This document shows positions 39,332 to 48,350 of a DNA stretch of 64,000 nt, in pieces. The DNA comes from Verrucomicrobiales bacterium. GTDB lineage: Bacteria; Verrucomicrobiota; Verrucomicrobiia; Limisphaerales; J093. A program made the translations under genes and the position numbers. How positions within the stretch are numbered: position 1 is the first letter of the stretch; each line of letters begins with the position of its first letter. The notes under the pieces are model-generated. The model saw only the letters and a list, made by a program, of their open reading frames with translations. It ran no database searches and was not told where the DNA came from. Location: positions 91,734-155,733 of the forward strand of contig JACKPW010000001.1 in assembly GCA_024233215.1 (NCBI GenBank), written 5' to 3'.

Positions 39332-39486
39332 GACCACGAATGAACACGAATGGACACCAATCCGAACGGAGGAGGCTTCGAAGGGCGGCCTTGAAGGACC
39401 TCGCCGGCATCGGAAGCCCGGGTTGCTGTGGCGTTGACCTTGAACCCCTCGCTCCCATTCGTGTCCATTCGTGTGGATTCGTGGTC
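39332..39486. repeat. intergenic palindromic element, copy E
   Basis: Left GACCACGAATGAACACGAATGGACACCAATCC (39332-39363). Right CCATTCGTGTCCATTCGTGTGGATTCGTGGTC (39456-39486), an imperfect reverse complement. 14 nt after the giant ATPase stop. Confidence 0.7.
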
Positions 39487-39515
39487 ACGGCAGGAGTCGT
39501 CAGATCGTGCACAAC

Positions 39516-40385
39516 ATGAAGAAGTTCATTCAGAAGATCCAAAGACTGGGGCAGCGAGCCACCGAGCTGAAGGAGGCCGTCCAACGCGTGCCGCCCAAGG
39601 TCGCCGGTATCCGGAACGCCGTGGTCCTCACCGGCGGGCAACTCAGGGAACTGGGCGTCCAGGTGCAGAACAGCATTGCCGGGCTCAAGGCGGATCGAGA
39701 GGACGATCTTCTCAACGCCCTGAGGGAGGTCAACGACAGCGCGGGCATCATCCGGCAGGCGGGCTTCGAGCTTGGCGGGATTGATTTCGAGCTCAGCCCG
39801 GTCCAGCGCCTGATCGTTCACCTGCAGCGACGCGAGGATGTGCGGACCGCCGTGCTGGAATCCTTGCGCGACGCGTCGAGTGCCCGGCCGACCGTGCATG
39901 CCCTGTTGACTTCCCTGGTCCGGGCCGAGGAAACGGCCGACAGCGTGCACATAACCGATCTCTCCTACCACACGCTGGTGATTCACATTGGCCCCGCCCC
40001 CACGGTGCGCCTTTGCTGGCGGCCTGCGCCATCCCTGGCGCAGGGCGCCAACGCCAGCGTGCTGGCGACTGCGTCGACCGTTCCGGCGAGCCCTTCGGAA
40101 GCCCCGGACCGGCCCTCGTTCTTCGGTGAGAACCCGCCCGCCACGGATGGGTTCACGAGCCGTGAAGCCGTGGCTGAGGATGAGCCGCCCTCCCCGGCTT
40201 CCTCCGAGCCGCCGGCACCCCGGACCGGGCCGACGCCGGAACCGGTGAGGGTTGTCAGGCCGGCTTCGCCGCCCCCGCCCCCTCCACGCGAGGTGATTGG
40301 GAAGAAGGAGGCCCCACCCGTCTGGAACAGCGACGCGCTTCAGCGGTTCAAAACCATGCCCAAGGCATCGAAGTACCGCCGGTAA
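39516..40385 (+). CDS. hypothetical protein: ~190-aa helical N-domain plus Pro/Ser/Ala-rich disordered tail
   Basis: ATG 39516 (MKKFIQKIQRLGQRATELKEAVQRV…). Protein-like composition. The antisense alternative (39015..40568 -) is Arg-rich junk. C-terminus PASPPPPPPREVIGKKEAPP. Confidence 0.45.
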   Translation: MKKFIQKIQRLGQRATELKEAVQRVPPKVAGIRNAVVLTGGQLRELGVQVQNSIAGLKADREDDLLNALREVNDSAGIIRQAGFELGGIDFELSPVQRLIVHLQRREDVRTAVLESLRDASSARPTVHALLTSLVRAEETADSVHITDLSYHTLVIHIGPAPTVRLCWRPAPSLAQGANASVLATASTVPASPSEAPDRPSFFGENPPATDGFTSREAVAEDEPPSPASSEPPAPRTGPTPEPVRVVRPASPPPPPPREVIGKKEAPPVWNSDALQRFKTMPKASKYRR

Positions 40386-40690
40386 AGGGGACATTCGGCA
40401 ACCGGTGGTTCCCACGTTCGAAGAAAGCTGCCGTTGTCGCGACGAACCGGTGCTCGCCGAATGCCTTGCTGTCCGCACGCGGACTCGGCGGTCCGCGCTC
40501 CTGTTCTCCTGGTGTTGTCTTCGTGCTGGAGCGTCAGCCGGAGCAGGCCCGGCGCCTGAACAACACAATCATGGAACTGACGGGCTCCGCTCGGCCCGCG
40601 GTCTCGAAGCCTGTGGACGATGGGCTCACTGCGATCCATCAACGCCAGTCCTGGGTTGCCGCCGGGGGGCGGTGCGGGCATGAATAGGCC

Positions 40691-41341
40691 ATGACGGCTG
40701 GCATGGCGGCGACGCTTCTTGTGTTCACCGGCGGGTTCATCGTGATGATCCTGGAGATTGTCGGGGCGCGGTATTTGTCGGGAGAATTCGGGGGTTCCTT
40801 CTACGTCTGGGTGAGCCAGATCGGTGTGGTCATGATTGCGCTGGCGGCCGGTTACTACCTCGGTGGCGCGCTCGCCGATCGCTGGCAATGCCTGCGGCGG
40901 CTGGCCTGGCTGCTGGTGCCCGCAGGCCTGCTGGTGATGGGAGTTCCCGGTTACGCCCCGCCGATCCTGGAGCGGATCGTGCTCCGGCATCCGGCCGAGT
41001 TGCCTGTGCCATTGCTGTGGAAGAAACTCGATCCCGCGCTGGGCAGCGCCGTGGTTTTCCTGCTGCCCTGCCTGGTGCTGGCGATGCTGACGCCCTATCT
41101 GATTCGTCTGAGCGCCCGCGGTGTGGCCCACCTGGGTCGGCTCAGCGGTCGCATCATCGCCTGGAGCACGCTGGGGAGCATCGCCGGGGTGTTCGTGGCG
41201 GGGTATGTGCTCATCGATCTGCTGCGGCTCTCGACGATCTTCCGGCTCACGGGGCTGGCGATGGTGGGGCTGGGCCTGTTGTGCCTCCCACTGGATCGCG
41301 CCTTTGCATCCGGACCCGTTCCGGTGGATGATGAGCCCTGA
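40691..41341 (+). CDS. polytopic membrane domain protein (N-terminal module of spermidine-synthase-like membrane proteins)
   Basis: 6 predicted TM helices (MTAGMAATLLVFTGGFIVMILEIVGA…). Stop overlaps the start of the next ORF in another frame. Confidence 0.6.
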   Translation: MTAGMAATLLVFTGGFIVMILEIVGARYLSGEFGGSFYVWVSQIGVVMIALAAGYYLGGALADRWQCLRRLAWLLVPAGLLVMGVPGYAPPILERIVLRHPAELPVPLLWKKLDPALGSAVVFLLPCLVLAMLTPYLIRLSARGVAHLGRLSGRIIAWSTLGSIAGVFVAGYVLIDLLRLSTIFRLTGLAMVGLGLLCLPLDRAFASGPVPVDDEP

Positions 41342-42341
41342 AATGCACACGCCCCGTTCTGTTGTCGCTGCTGCGAATGTCCGCTTCACGCCGCGGGTCG
41401 GTTCCCTGCGGTGCGCACCGATCTGGGGTCGACGAATCGCCCCCGCCGGAATCCTGCTGATCCTGGGCGGACTGTTGCTCCTGCCGGTCGCGCGCGTCAC
41501 GGGCGGCGTGATTTACGAAACGACCTCCGCCTACCACCGGATACAGGTCGTTGATCAACGGGGACTGCGGACCCTTAGTTTCAATGGGACCGAGGAGACC
41601 CGCATGTCCCTGGCCAACCCCTTGCAGGGCCATTTCCAATACATCGAATACTTCTTCATGCCCTGGTGCTGGAACACGAACCTGACCAACGTTCTCATGG
41701 TGGGGCTTGGCGGCGGCAGCGTTCAGCGGTTGTATGCGGCCCACTGTCCGAATGTCAGCATCGATACCGCGGAGATCGACCCGACGGTGAGGGAGGTGGC
41801 GGAGAAGTATTTCCGGTATGAGCCGGGTCCCCGGCAGCGGGTGTTCGTGGAGGACGGCCGGGTGTTCCTGCGCCGGAGCACGACGCGCTATGGTGCGATC
41901 GTGATGGACGCCTACCGGAAGGGGCGCTACGGATCCGGCATTCCGGCTCATCTGGCCACGCAGGAGTTCTTCAAGCTGGCCCGGGAACATCTGACTGATG
42001 ACGGAGTGCTGGCCTACAACGTGATCGGCAGTGTGGGGGGGTATCGGGCCGAGATCGTGGGGTCGATCTACCGCACGATGCAGACTGTGTTTCCCCACGT
42101 GTACGTTTTCCCCGCACCGGACAGCATCAACGTGGTGATGGTGGGCACCGTGGCGGAGTATCCGGTCACGATGGCGTGGCTGCTCGATCGTGCCCGGGCC
42201 GTCTCCGAGTCCGGAGCAGTCGCACTGCCGACTCTGACCCAAAGGGTGCGGGCGTTCCGAGCCCTGCCTCCGCCGAATTTGCCCCAATGTCCGGTGCTGA
42301 CCGACGACTATGCGCCGGTGGACGGTTTGCTGGGGGAATAA
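41328..42341 (+). CDS. spermidine-synthase-like (PABS/class-I methyltransferase fold) protein with one N-terminal TM helix
   Basis: Start candidates ATG 41328/41331/41344. ILLILGGLLLLPVA (TM), then VIYETTSAYHRIQVVD, VLMVGLGGGS (nucleotide-binding GxGxG), DAY…G. Confidence 0.65.
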   Translation: MMSPEMHTPRSVVAAANVRFTPRVGSLRCAPIWGRRIAPAGILLILGGLLLLPVARVTGGVIYETTSAYHRIQVVDQRGLRTLSFNGTEETRMSLANPLQGHFQYIEYFFMPWCWNTNLTNVLMVGLGGGSVQRLYAAHCPNVSIDTAEIDPTVREVAEKYFRYEPGPRQRVFVEDGRVFLRRSTTRYGAIVMDAYRKGRYGSGIPAHLATQEFFKLAREHLTDDGVLAYNVIGSVGGYRAEIVGSIYRTMQTVFPHVYVFPAPDSINVVMVGTVAEYPVTMAWLLDRARAVSESGAVALPTLTQRVRAFRALPPPNLPQCPVLTDDYAPVDGLLGE

Positions 42342-42359
42342 CCACTCGTTGACTGGCTC

Positions 42360-42800
42360 ATGATCACGCCACCCAAGCCGAAACCGAAGAGTCCGTGGGG
42401 CAATCGATTTGCCATCCGCTTCTTCACGCTGCTGCTCGGCGTCTTGATCTTCTGGCTGCTGGGCTTCTTCGTGCAGGACATCAAGTCCATCCCGGGGCCG
42501 GATTACGAGGCCTTGAAGCGGAAGCACATCGATCCCGCCCTGCCGAAGCAGCAGGAGGAACGGGCGGCCCGGTTGGCGGAGACGCAGCGGAAACTCAAGT
42601 CGCTGCAGGAGGAACAGGGGATTGCCCGGGACAGTTCCCAGAACCTGCAGCGCACGATTGGTCAGTTGCTGGATCTGCGGAAGCTCAGTCTGGAGAAGGA
42701 CGTGGCCCTGTCGGCCGCGGATCAGTCCTCACGGTTGGTGGAGGGAGCGCCGCCAACAACTGCAGGACCGACCCTGTCGTTCGCCCATCGATTTACGTGA
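42360..42800 (+). CDS. hypothetical small membrane/coiled-coil protein
   Basis: 146-aa ORF 19 nt after the previous stop. N-terminal TM ([18 protein letters not shown]), then charged helical region. No homology recognised. Confidence 0.35.
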   Translation: MITPPKPKPKSPWGNRFAIRFFTLLLGVLIFWLLGFFVQDIKSIPGPDYEALKRKHIDPALPKQQEERAARLAETQRKLKSLQEEQGIARDSSQNLQRTIGQLLDLRKLSLEKDVALSAADQSSRLVEGAPPTTAGPTLSFAHRFT

Positions 42801-42807
42801 ACCCGAG

Positions 42808-44277
42808 ATGAAACGGATTGCACGAATTGCCGGGCGGCCGGGGTGCGCGGCTCCCCCCGGTGTGTGGTTGCGGCTGAGTGCCCTGCTGCTGCTGCTGGCG
42901 GGCACCTCGTGGGCGCTGGTGGCCGCGCAGCCGCCCAACGTCCTGTTGATCTGCGTGGATGACCTGCGTCCCGAGCTTCACTGCTATGGCGTGGACTACA
43001 TCCGGACGCCGAACATCGACTCCCTGGCGGCGGAGGGGCGGGGGTTTCGACACCAGTATGTCCAGGCGCCCACTTGTGGCGCGTCGCGTTACACCCTGTT
43101 GACCGGACGGTATGGCGGGGCGGGCAACGGGGCCCTGTTTGATCGGGCGAAACAGATCGCGAGACAACCCGACAAGGTGCCGCCAAGCATGCCTGCCTGG
43201 TTTCGTCAGCACGGCTATGTGACCGTGTCGGTGGGCAAGATCTCCCATCATCCGGGCGGTCGCGGGGGGCCGGATTGGGACGACGAGGCGATGCCGGAGA
43301 TGCCGGGTTCCTGGGACCGGCACCTGTTGCCGGCGGACCTCTGGCAGCATCCACGGGGCTGGATGCACGGGTTGGCCAATGGCGAGATTCGGGTGAACGC
43401 GAAGGAGATGGCGGTTTACCAAAGCGTGGAAGGCCCGGACACGATCTATCCGGATGGACCGAACACGGCGGAGGCGCTGCAGCAGTTGGAGGAACTGGGT
43501 TCCGGCGATGGCGGAAAGCCGTTCTTCCTCGCGTTTGGCATTCTGCGACCGCATCTCCCCTTCGGCGCGCCCGCCCGTTACCTCGAACCCTATCGCGACC
43601 TGGAATTGCCGGCGATCCCGCACCCGCAGAAGCCCGAGGGAATCAGCACCTGGCATGGCTCGGGCGAGTTCATGCAATACGATCGCCGGGGTCGCGATCC
43701 CAGGGAGGATGCCGCTTTTGCGCTGGAAGTCCGACGCCACTACGCGGCGTGTGTGAGCTTTGCGGACGCCCAGGTGGGGGCGATCCTCAAGCGCCTCGAC
43801 AGCCTCGGCCTGCGTGATTCCACCATTGTGGTGCTTTGGGGCGACCACGGCTGGCACCTGGGGGAGCACGCCATCTGGGGCAAACACTCCCTGTTCGAGG
43901 AGTCGCTGCGCTCGCCGCTGATCGTCCGGTATCCCGGCATTCCGCATCCCGGGGTGATGACCGATGCGGTGGTGGAGACCCTGGACGTGTTTCCCACGCT
44001 GACGGACCTGGCGGGGTTGCCGGCCCCGGACTTCGCACAGGGTGTGTCCCTACGCCCGTGGCTGGAGACCCCGGACCAAGCGGGGCACGCGGCCTTTTCC
44101 TATCAAGGCAACGCCCGGACGATTCGGACCGCGACGCACCGGTTGGTTGCGCACAACAACGGGCAACTCGAACTCTATGACCATCGCACCGTCGAGGCGG
44201 AAACCCGGAATCTGGCAGCCTCGGAGCCCGAGTTGACGGCGCGATTGCTCAAGCAGCTCCATGACCGCCTTGATTGA
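42808..44277 (+). CDS. S1-family sulfatase with non-canonical C-G-A-S-R (CxAxR) maturation motif
   Basis: In-frame ATG 42808 with signal peptide ([18 protein letters not shown]). [33 protein letters not shown], read directly from codons gcg ccc act tgt ggc gcg tcg cgt. Confidence 0.8.
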   Translation: MKRIARIAGRPGCAAPPGVWLRLSALLLLLAGTSWALVAAQPPNVLLICVDDLRPELHCYGVDYIRTPNIDSLAAEGRGFRHQYVQAPTCGASRYTLLTGRYGGAGNGALFDRAKQIARQPDKVPPSMPAWFRQHGYVTVSVGKISHHPGGRGGPDWDDEAMPEMPGSWDRHLLPADLWQHPRGWMHGLANGEIRVNAKEMAVYQSVEGPDTIYPDGPNTAEALQQLEELGSGDGGKPFFLAFGILRPHLPFGAPARYLEPYRDLELPAIPHPQKPEGISTWHGSGEFMQYDRRGRDPREDAAFALEVRRHYAACVSFADAQVGAILKRLDSLGLRDSTIVVLWGDHGWHLGEHAIWGKHSLFEESLRSPLIVRYPGIPHPGVMTDAVVETLDVFPTLTDLAGLPAPDFAQGVSLRPWLETPDQAGHAAFSYQGNARTIRTATHRLVAHNNGQLELYDHRTVEAETRNLAASEPELTARLLKQLHDRLD

Positions 44278-45220
44278 CCTGAGCGTAGCGGCGAACCGGC
44301 GTTCGCCATCCTGGCATTCGCAGGCGGGCGGGAAAGGCAGGCGGCTCAAAGTGCTTCGTCGCCTCCCTTGCCTGTGCCTTGGCGGGTTTGGTCTGGCATT
44401 CATCCTGAGCCTGGCGGCGGGGGAATTCCCGGATCTTCGCAGCGTGCCGGCGGATCTCGTTGTGCCGCCGTTGGTCATTGACGCCCCGCAGCCCGGGGTG
44501 CGAGTGAAGCAGACGCTGCCCGGCTATGCGGGCACGGAGGTGTATCACGTGTTATATCTGCCGACCGACTGGCGACCCGACACCCGCCTGCCCGTTCTGG
44601 TCGAGTATGCGGGCAACGGCGGATACACCAATCAGTACGGTGATGTGTCCCTGGGCCTGCCGGAGGGGAGCAAGCTCGGCTACGGCATCTCGGCGGGGCA
44701 GGGGTTCATCTGGCTTTGCCTGCCCTACGTCGACGTGGGGCGCACGAACCTCTGCACGCGCTGGTGGGGCGACGTGGAGGCGACGCTGGATTACTGCCGC
44801 GAGGCTGTTGGCGAGGTTTGCCGGAACTATGGGGGCGATGCCTCGGAGGTGATTCTGACGGGATTCTCCCGGGGGGCGATCGCCTGTGGTTTCCTGGGTT
44901 TGCATGACGACGAAACGGCGGGGTTATGGCGGGCGTTCATCCCCTACAGCCATTACGACGGGGTGATTTCCTGGCCGTATCCGGGGTCGGATGCCGCTTC
45001 GGCCATCGAACGCATGCAGCGTCTGAATGGCCGGCCTTCATTCATCTGCCACGAGGGCAGCGTGGAGAGGACGCGGCAGTTCATCGAAGCCAGCGGGGTG
45101 ACGGCGCCGTTCACGTTCCAGGCCGTGCCGTTCCGTAATCACAACGACGCCTGGATCTTGCGGGACACGCCGGCCCGGCGGGCTTTGCGGTCCTGGTTGG
45201 CGGGGGTCCTGGCCCGGTGA
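44261..45220 (+). CDS. alpha/beta-hydrolase esterase (PHB-depolymerase/CE-like), secreted
   Basis: Nucleophile elbow GFSRGA (GxSxG). Signal/[17 protein letters not shown]. Overlaps the previous stop by 17 nt (start may be later). Confidence 0.65.
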   Translation: MTALIDLSVAANRRSPSWHSQAGGKGRRLKVLRRLPCLCLGGFGLAFILSLAAGEFPDLRSVPADLVVPPLVIDAPQPGVRVKQTLPGYAGTEVYHVLYLPTDWRPDTRLPVLVEYAGNGGYTNQYGDVSLGLPEGSKLGYGISAGQGFIWLCLPYVDVGRTNLCTRWWGDVEATLDYCREAVGEVCRNYGGDASEVILTGFSRGAIACGFLGLHDDETAGLWRAFIPYSHYDGVISWPYPGSDAASAIERMQRLNGRPSFICHEGSVERTRQFIEASGVTAPFTFQAVPFRNHNDAWILRDTPARRALRSWLAGVLAR

Positions 45221-45292
45221 GCGCGCGCTTGTCCCCACTCTTCGCGGCGGCGAGCCGGCGTTCGCCGTCCGTCCCAGGCCCTCCGCCTGCGA

Positions 45293-46333
45293 TCAGGTCA
45301 CCGGCAGGTGCTGCTCGAACCAGGCCAGCATGGATTGCCACATTGGCCGGGTGTACTCGTGTCCCACGCCCGGATGCACCTGGCAGTCGAAGGCTTCCGC
45401 GAGTCCGTGGAGTCCATAGACTTTGCGGACCTTCTGCTCGATCTGGCGGATGCCGGCCACCGGCGAGCCCGGGTCGCGGTCGCCGTTCATGAGGAGCAGG
45501 GGGCGCGGGGCCACGAGGGACAGCACGGCTTCCGTGTCGAAGTGGTTCAGAAAGCCGGGAACGTAGTAGTAGATGCCGTGCTCGTTCAATCCGCCGCCGG
45601 CAATGAGATCCTGGTAGCGCGTCAGGCAGGCCACCGCCACCCCGGCCCGGAGACGTTCATCCAGGGCCATCAACCACCAGGCCCTCGTGGCGCCCATGCT
45701 GATGCCGGTCACGCCAATACGGCGCGGGTCGATCTCCGGGCGGGTTGCGAGGTAGTCCAGCGCAATGAGATCGTCGCGCAGGAGCATGCCCCAGAGGGTG
45801 CGGCCGAACCAAAGGTGGAACTTGCTGGCCGCGGCCTCCCCGGCTTCGCCGTTCTGCCGGGGACCACCGGGCCCCTTTCCCTGGCGGGATCCGAAGCAGG
45901 GGGCATCGATCGCCAGCACGGCGAAGCCGCGTCGGGCCAGGGCGGCGGCCGGGGCCTCCGGGGTGTGGGTGGACTCGAACACCTCCACCTTGCCCTTGCC
46001 GTACTCGCCGCCGTGCCAGTGACAGTAAAGCAGGGCGGGCACGCGAGCCCGGCGTTGGAGCGGCAGCAACAGCACGCCGGGGAGGGTCTCGCCGGCGCCG
46101 TTGTCGATGCTGAACTTCTCCGTCACGAAGTGCTCCGCCTCAAACCGACCGTGGCAGGTGACCTGCGGACGTTTGGGCCGGGGCGGCAGGTTCCCCAGCA
46201 ACCGCCAGAGGGTGGATTGGGTTTCGCGTCGCTGGCGCACCCAGGCGTCGAGGCTCGATGGCAGGTTGAATTCCGGCACCACCGGGACGTGTGCCAGATG
46301 GTTGGCGATGACTGAATCCGGAGCGGAGCCCAT
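45293..46333 (-). CDS. alpha/beta-hydrolase (acetyl-xylan-esterase/dienelactone-hydrolase-like)
   Basis: Real start at the internal M (MGSAPDSVIANHL…, ATG at 46333..46331). The upstream 142 codons of the listed ORF overlap the next gene and are junk. GISMGA (GxSxG). HG…CHWHGGEYGKG. Confidence 0.7.
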   Translation of the reverse strand: MGSAPDSVIANHLAHVPVVPEFNLPSSLDAWVRQRRETQSTLWRLLGNLPPRPKRPQVTCHGRFEAEHFVTEKFSIDNGAGETLPGVLLLPLQRRARVPALLYCHWHGGEYGKGKVEVFESTHTPEAPAAALARRGFAVLAIDAPCFGSRQGKGPGGPRQNGEAGEAAASKFHLWFGRTLWGMLLRDDLIALDYLATRPEIDPRRIGVTGISMGATRAWWLMALDERLRAGVAVACLTRYQDLIAGGGLNEHGIYYYVPGFLNHFDTEAVLSLVAPRPLLLMNGDRDPGSPVAGIRQIEQKVRKVYGLHGLAEAFDCQVHPGVGHEYTRPMWQSMLAWFEQHLPVT

Positions 46334-46378
46334 GAAGCGCAAGGTTGAGAAAGGGACGAACCGCTGGCGAGGGGAATT

Positions 46379-48163
46379 TTGCCTTTCGGCCGCGGGGTTG
46401 GTTTCGTCATGCTGACGGCGATGAGTTTGCTGCCTTTCGGAGAGTTGACGCCGTATGAGGCGAGGAGGTTCGTGCCTGCGCGGGCGCGGATGGGGGACTG
46501 GGCCGAGGTCGAGCCGTTGTTTGACCAACTCGAACAACGCCTGGACGCGGCCCGGGACGGTGCGGCACTGGCAACCTGGTTGGAGGATTGGAGCGAGCTT
46601 TCGGCCGCCCTCGACGAGGAAATGGCGCGGCGTTACATCGCGATGACCTGTCACACGGACGATCCGGAGGCGGAGAAGGGGTATCTGGAGTTCGTGGAGC
46701 AGGTGGAGCCGAGGACCAAGCCGCGGCAGTTCCGATTGGAGCGGCTTTACCTCCGACACCCCGCAGTGGGGGATCTTCCGGAGGAGACCTATGAAGTCTT
46801 CAATCGCGGGGTGCGGGTGAGCGTGGGCCTGTTCCGGGAGGAGAACGTCCCCCTCGAGACCGAGGAGGCGAGGTTGGGGCAGCAGTATCAGAAAGTGACG
46901 GGGGGCATGACCGTTGAGTTCGACGGAAAGGAGCAGACCCTCGTGCAGATGGGACGCTACCAGGAGGACCCGGACCGCGCGTTACGCCAGCAGGCCTGGG
47001 AGACGGTGGTCGCCCGACGGTTAAAGGAACGGGAAGTGTTCGATGGATTGTTTGACCAACTCGCGGACTTGCGGGGACGGATCGCGAAGAACGCCGGTTT
47101 CGACAGCTACCTGGGGTACGCGTTCCGTCGGCTGCAGCGGTTCGACTACACACCGGAAGACTGTCTCGGCTTCCATGCCGCGGTGGAGGCGGAGGTGATG
47201 CCGCTGGTGCGGGAATTGCAGGAGACCCGGCGGCGGCAAATGGGGGTGGAGACTCTGCGACCGTGGGACCTGGGAGTCGACCCGCTGGGCCGGCCGGCGT
47301 TGAAACCCTTCCAGGGCGGGGCGGAATTGACCGACCGTACCGCACGCGTGTTTGAGCAGCTCGACCCGGAACTCGCCGCCGGTTTCCGTCGGATGGATGA
47401 CTTGCGTCTGCTGGACTTGGACAACCGGAAGGGCAAGGCCCCCGGGGGGTATCAGTACAGCCTGGCGGAGGCGCGTCTGCCGTTCATCTTCATGAATGCC
47501 GTGGGGTTGCAGCGGGATGTCGAAACGCTTTTCCACGAGGCCGGGCATGCGTTTCATGCGCTGGCGGCGCAGGATCAACCACTGCACGCCTATCGCCACG
47601 CGCCGATTGAGTTCTGCGAGGTGGCCTCCATGAGCATGGAATTGCTCGGCAACGACTTTCTTGGCGCGTTCTATGGCGACGAGGAGGCGCGGAGGGCGAA
47701 GCGGAAACACCTCGAGGGGGTGATCGACGTGCTGCCCTGGATTGCGACGGTGGATGCGTTTCAACACTGGTTGTACACGCATCCGGGACACGGAACGGAG
47801 GAGCGTCGGGACGCCTGGTCAGAGTTGATGAAGCGGTTTGGGGGAACCGTGGACTGGAGCGGGCACGAGGCGGCGCGGGCCAGCCTCTGGCACCGACAGC
47901 TTCATATCTTCCTGCACCCGTTCTACTACATCGAGTACGGCCTGGCCCAGTTGGGGGCGCTTCAAGTCTGGGCGAACTACCGCCGGGATCGGTCCGGAGC
48001 GTTGGGCGACTACAAGGCGGCGCTGGCGTTGGGCGGGTCCAGACCTCTGCCAGACCTGTTTGCCGCGGCGGGGGCCCGGCTTTGCTTCGAGCCGGCGGAC
48101 CTCCGGCCGCTGATGCTCCTGGTCCGGGGCGAACTGTCGAGACTCCAGGATCGAGGAGGATGA
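46379..48163 (+). CDS. pepF: M3-family oligoendopeptidase (PepF-like)
   Basis: HEAGHAFH (HExxH) with the downstream glutamate region typical of M3B. ~590 aa. Start may be 46409. Confidence 0.85.
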   Translation: MPFGRGVGFVMLTAMSLLPFGELTPYEARRFVPARARMGDWAEVEPLFDQLEQRLDAARDGAALATWLEDWSELSAALDEEMARRYIAMTCHTDDPEAEKGYLEFVEQVEPRTKPRQFRLERLYLRHPAVGDLPEETYEVFNRGVRVSVGLFREENVPLETEEARLGQQYQKVTGGMTVEFDGKEQTLVQMGRYQEDPDRALRQQAWETVVARRLKEREVFDGLFDQLADLRGRIAKNAGFDSYLGYAFRRLQRFDYTPEDCLGFHAAVEAEVMPLVRELQETRRRQMGVETLRPWDLGVDPLGRPALKPFQGGAELTDRTARVFEQLDPELAAGFRRMDDLRLLDLDNRKGKAPGGYQYSLAEARLPFIFMNAVGLQRDVETLFHEAGHAFHALAAQDQPLHAYRHAPIEFCEVASMSMELLGNDFLGAFYGDEEARRAKRKHLEGVIDVLPWIATVDAFQHWLYTHPGHGTEERRDAWSELMKRFGGTVDWSGHEAARASLWHRQLHIFLHPFYYIEYGLAQLGALQVWANYRRDRSGALGDYKAALALGGSRPLPDLFAAAGARLCFEPADLRPLMLLVRGELSRLQDRGG

Positions 48164-48350
48164 CGATTACGAGGCCGAGATTGAAGAAGCTGAGGCGCAC
48201 GGGACGCATCTCGTAACAAAAAACTACTTGAGTACAGCGACTTCCGACGTAGGTTAAGGCCTGTGCGGACCCTCGTGCCCCGAGTCTTGTTGTATCGTCG
48301 TGCGAATGTGCGGGGCCGTTTGATTTTCTGAACCCAATACCCTCCGGATT

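Noticed and set aside
9793-39486. CRISPR array interpretation of the CACGAA tandem repeats
   Set aside because: Each locus has only 2-3 short (9-11 bp) repeat units per arm. The arms are arranged as an inverted pair around a single loop. There are no regularly spaced spacers and no cas genes.
39015-42527. Minus-strand ORFs 39015..40568, 40340..41500 and 41247..42527
   Set aside because: Arg/Pro/Gly-rich antisense readings opposite the Pro-tailed hypothetical and the spermidine-synthase-like genes.
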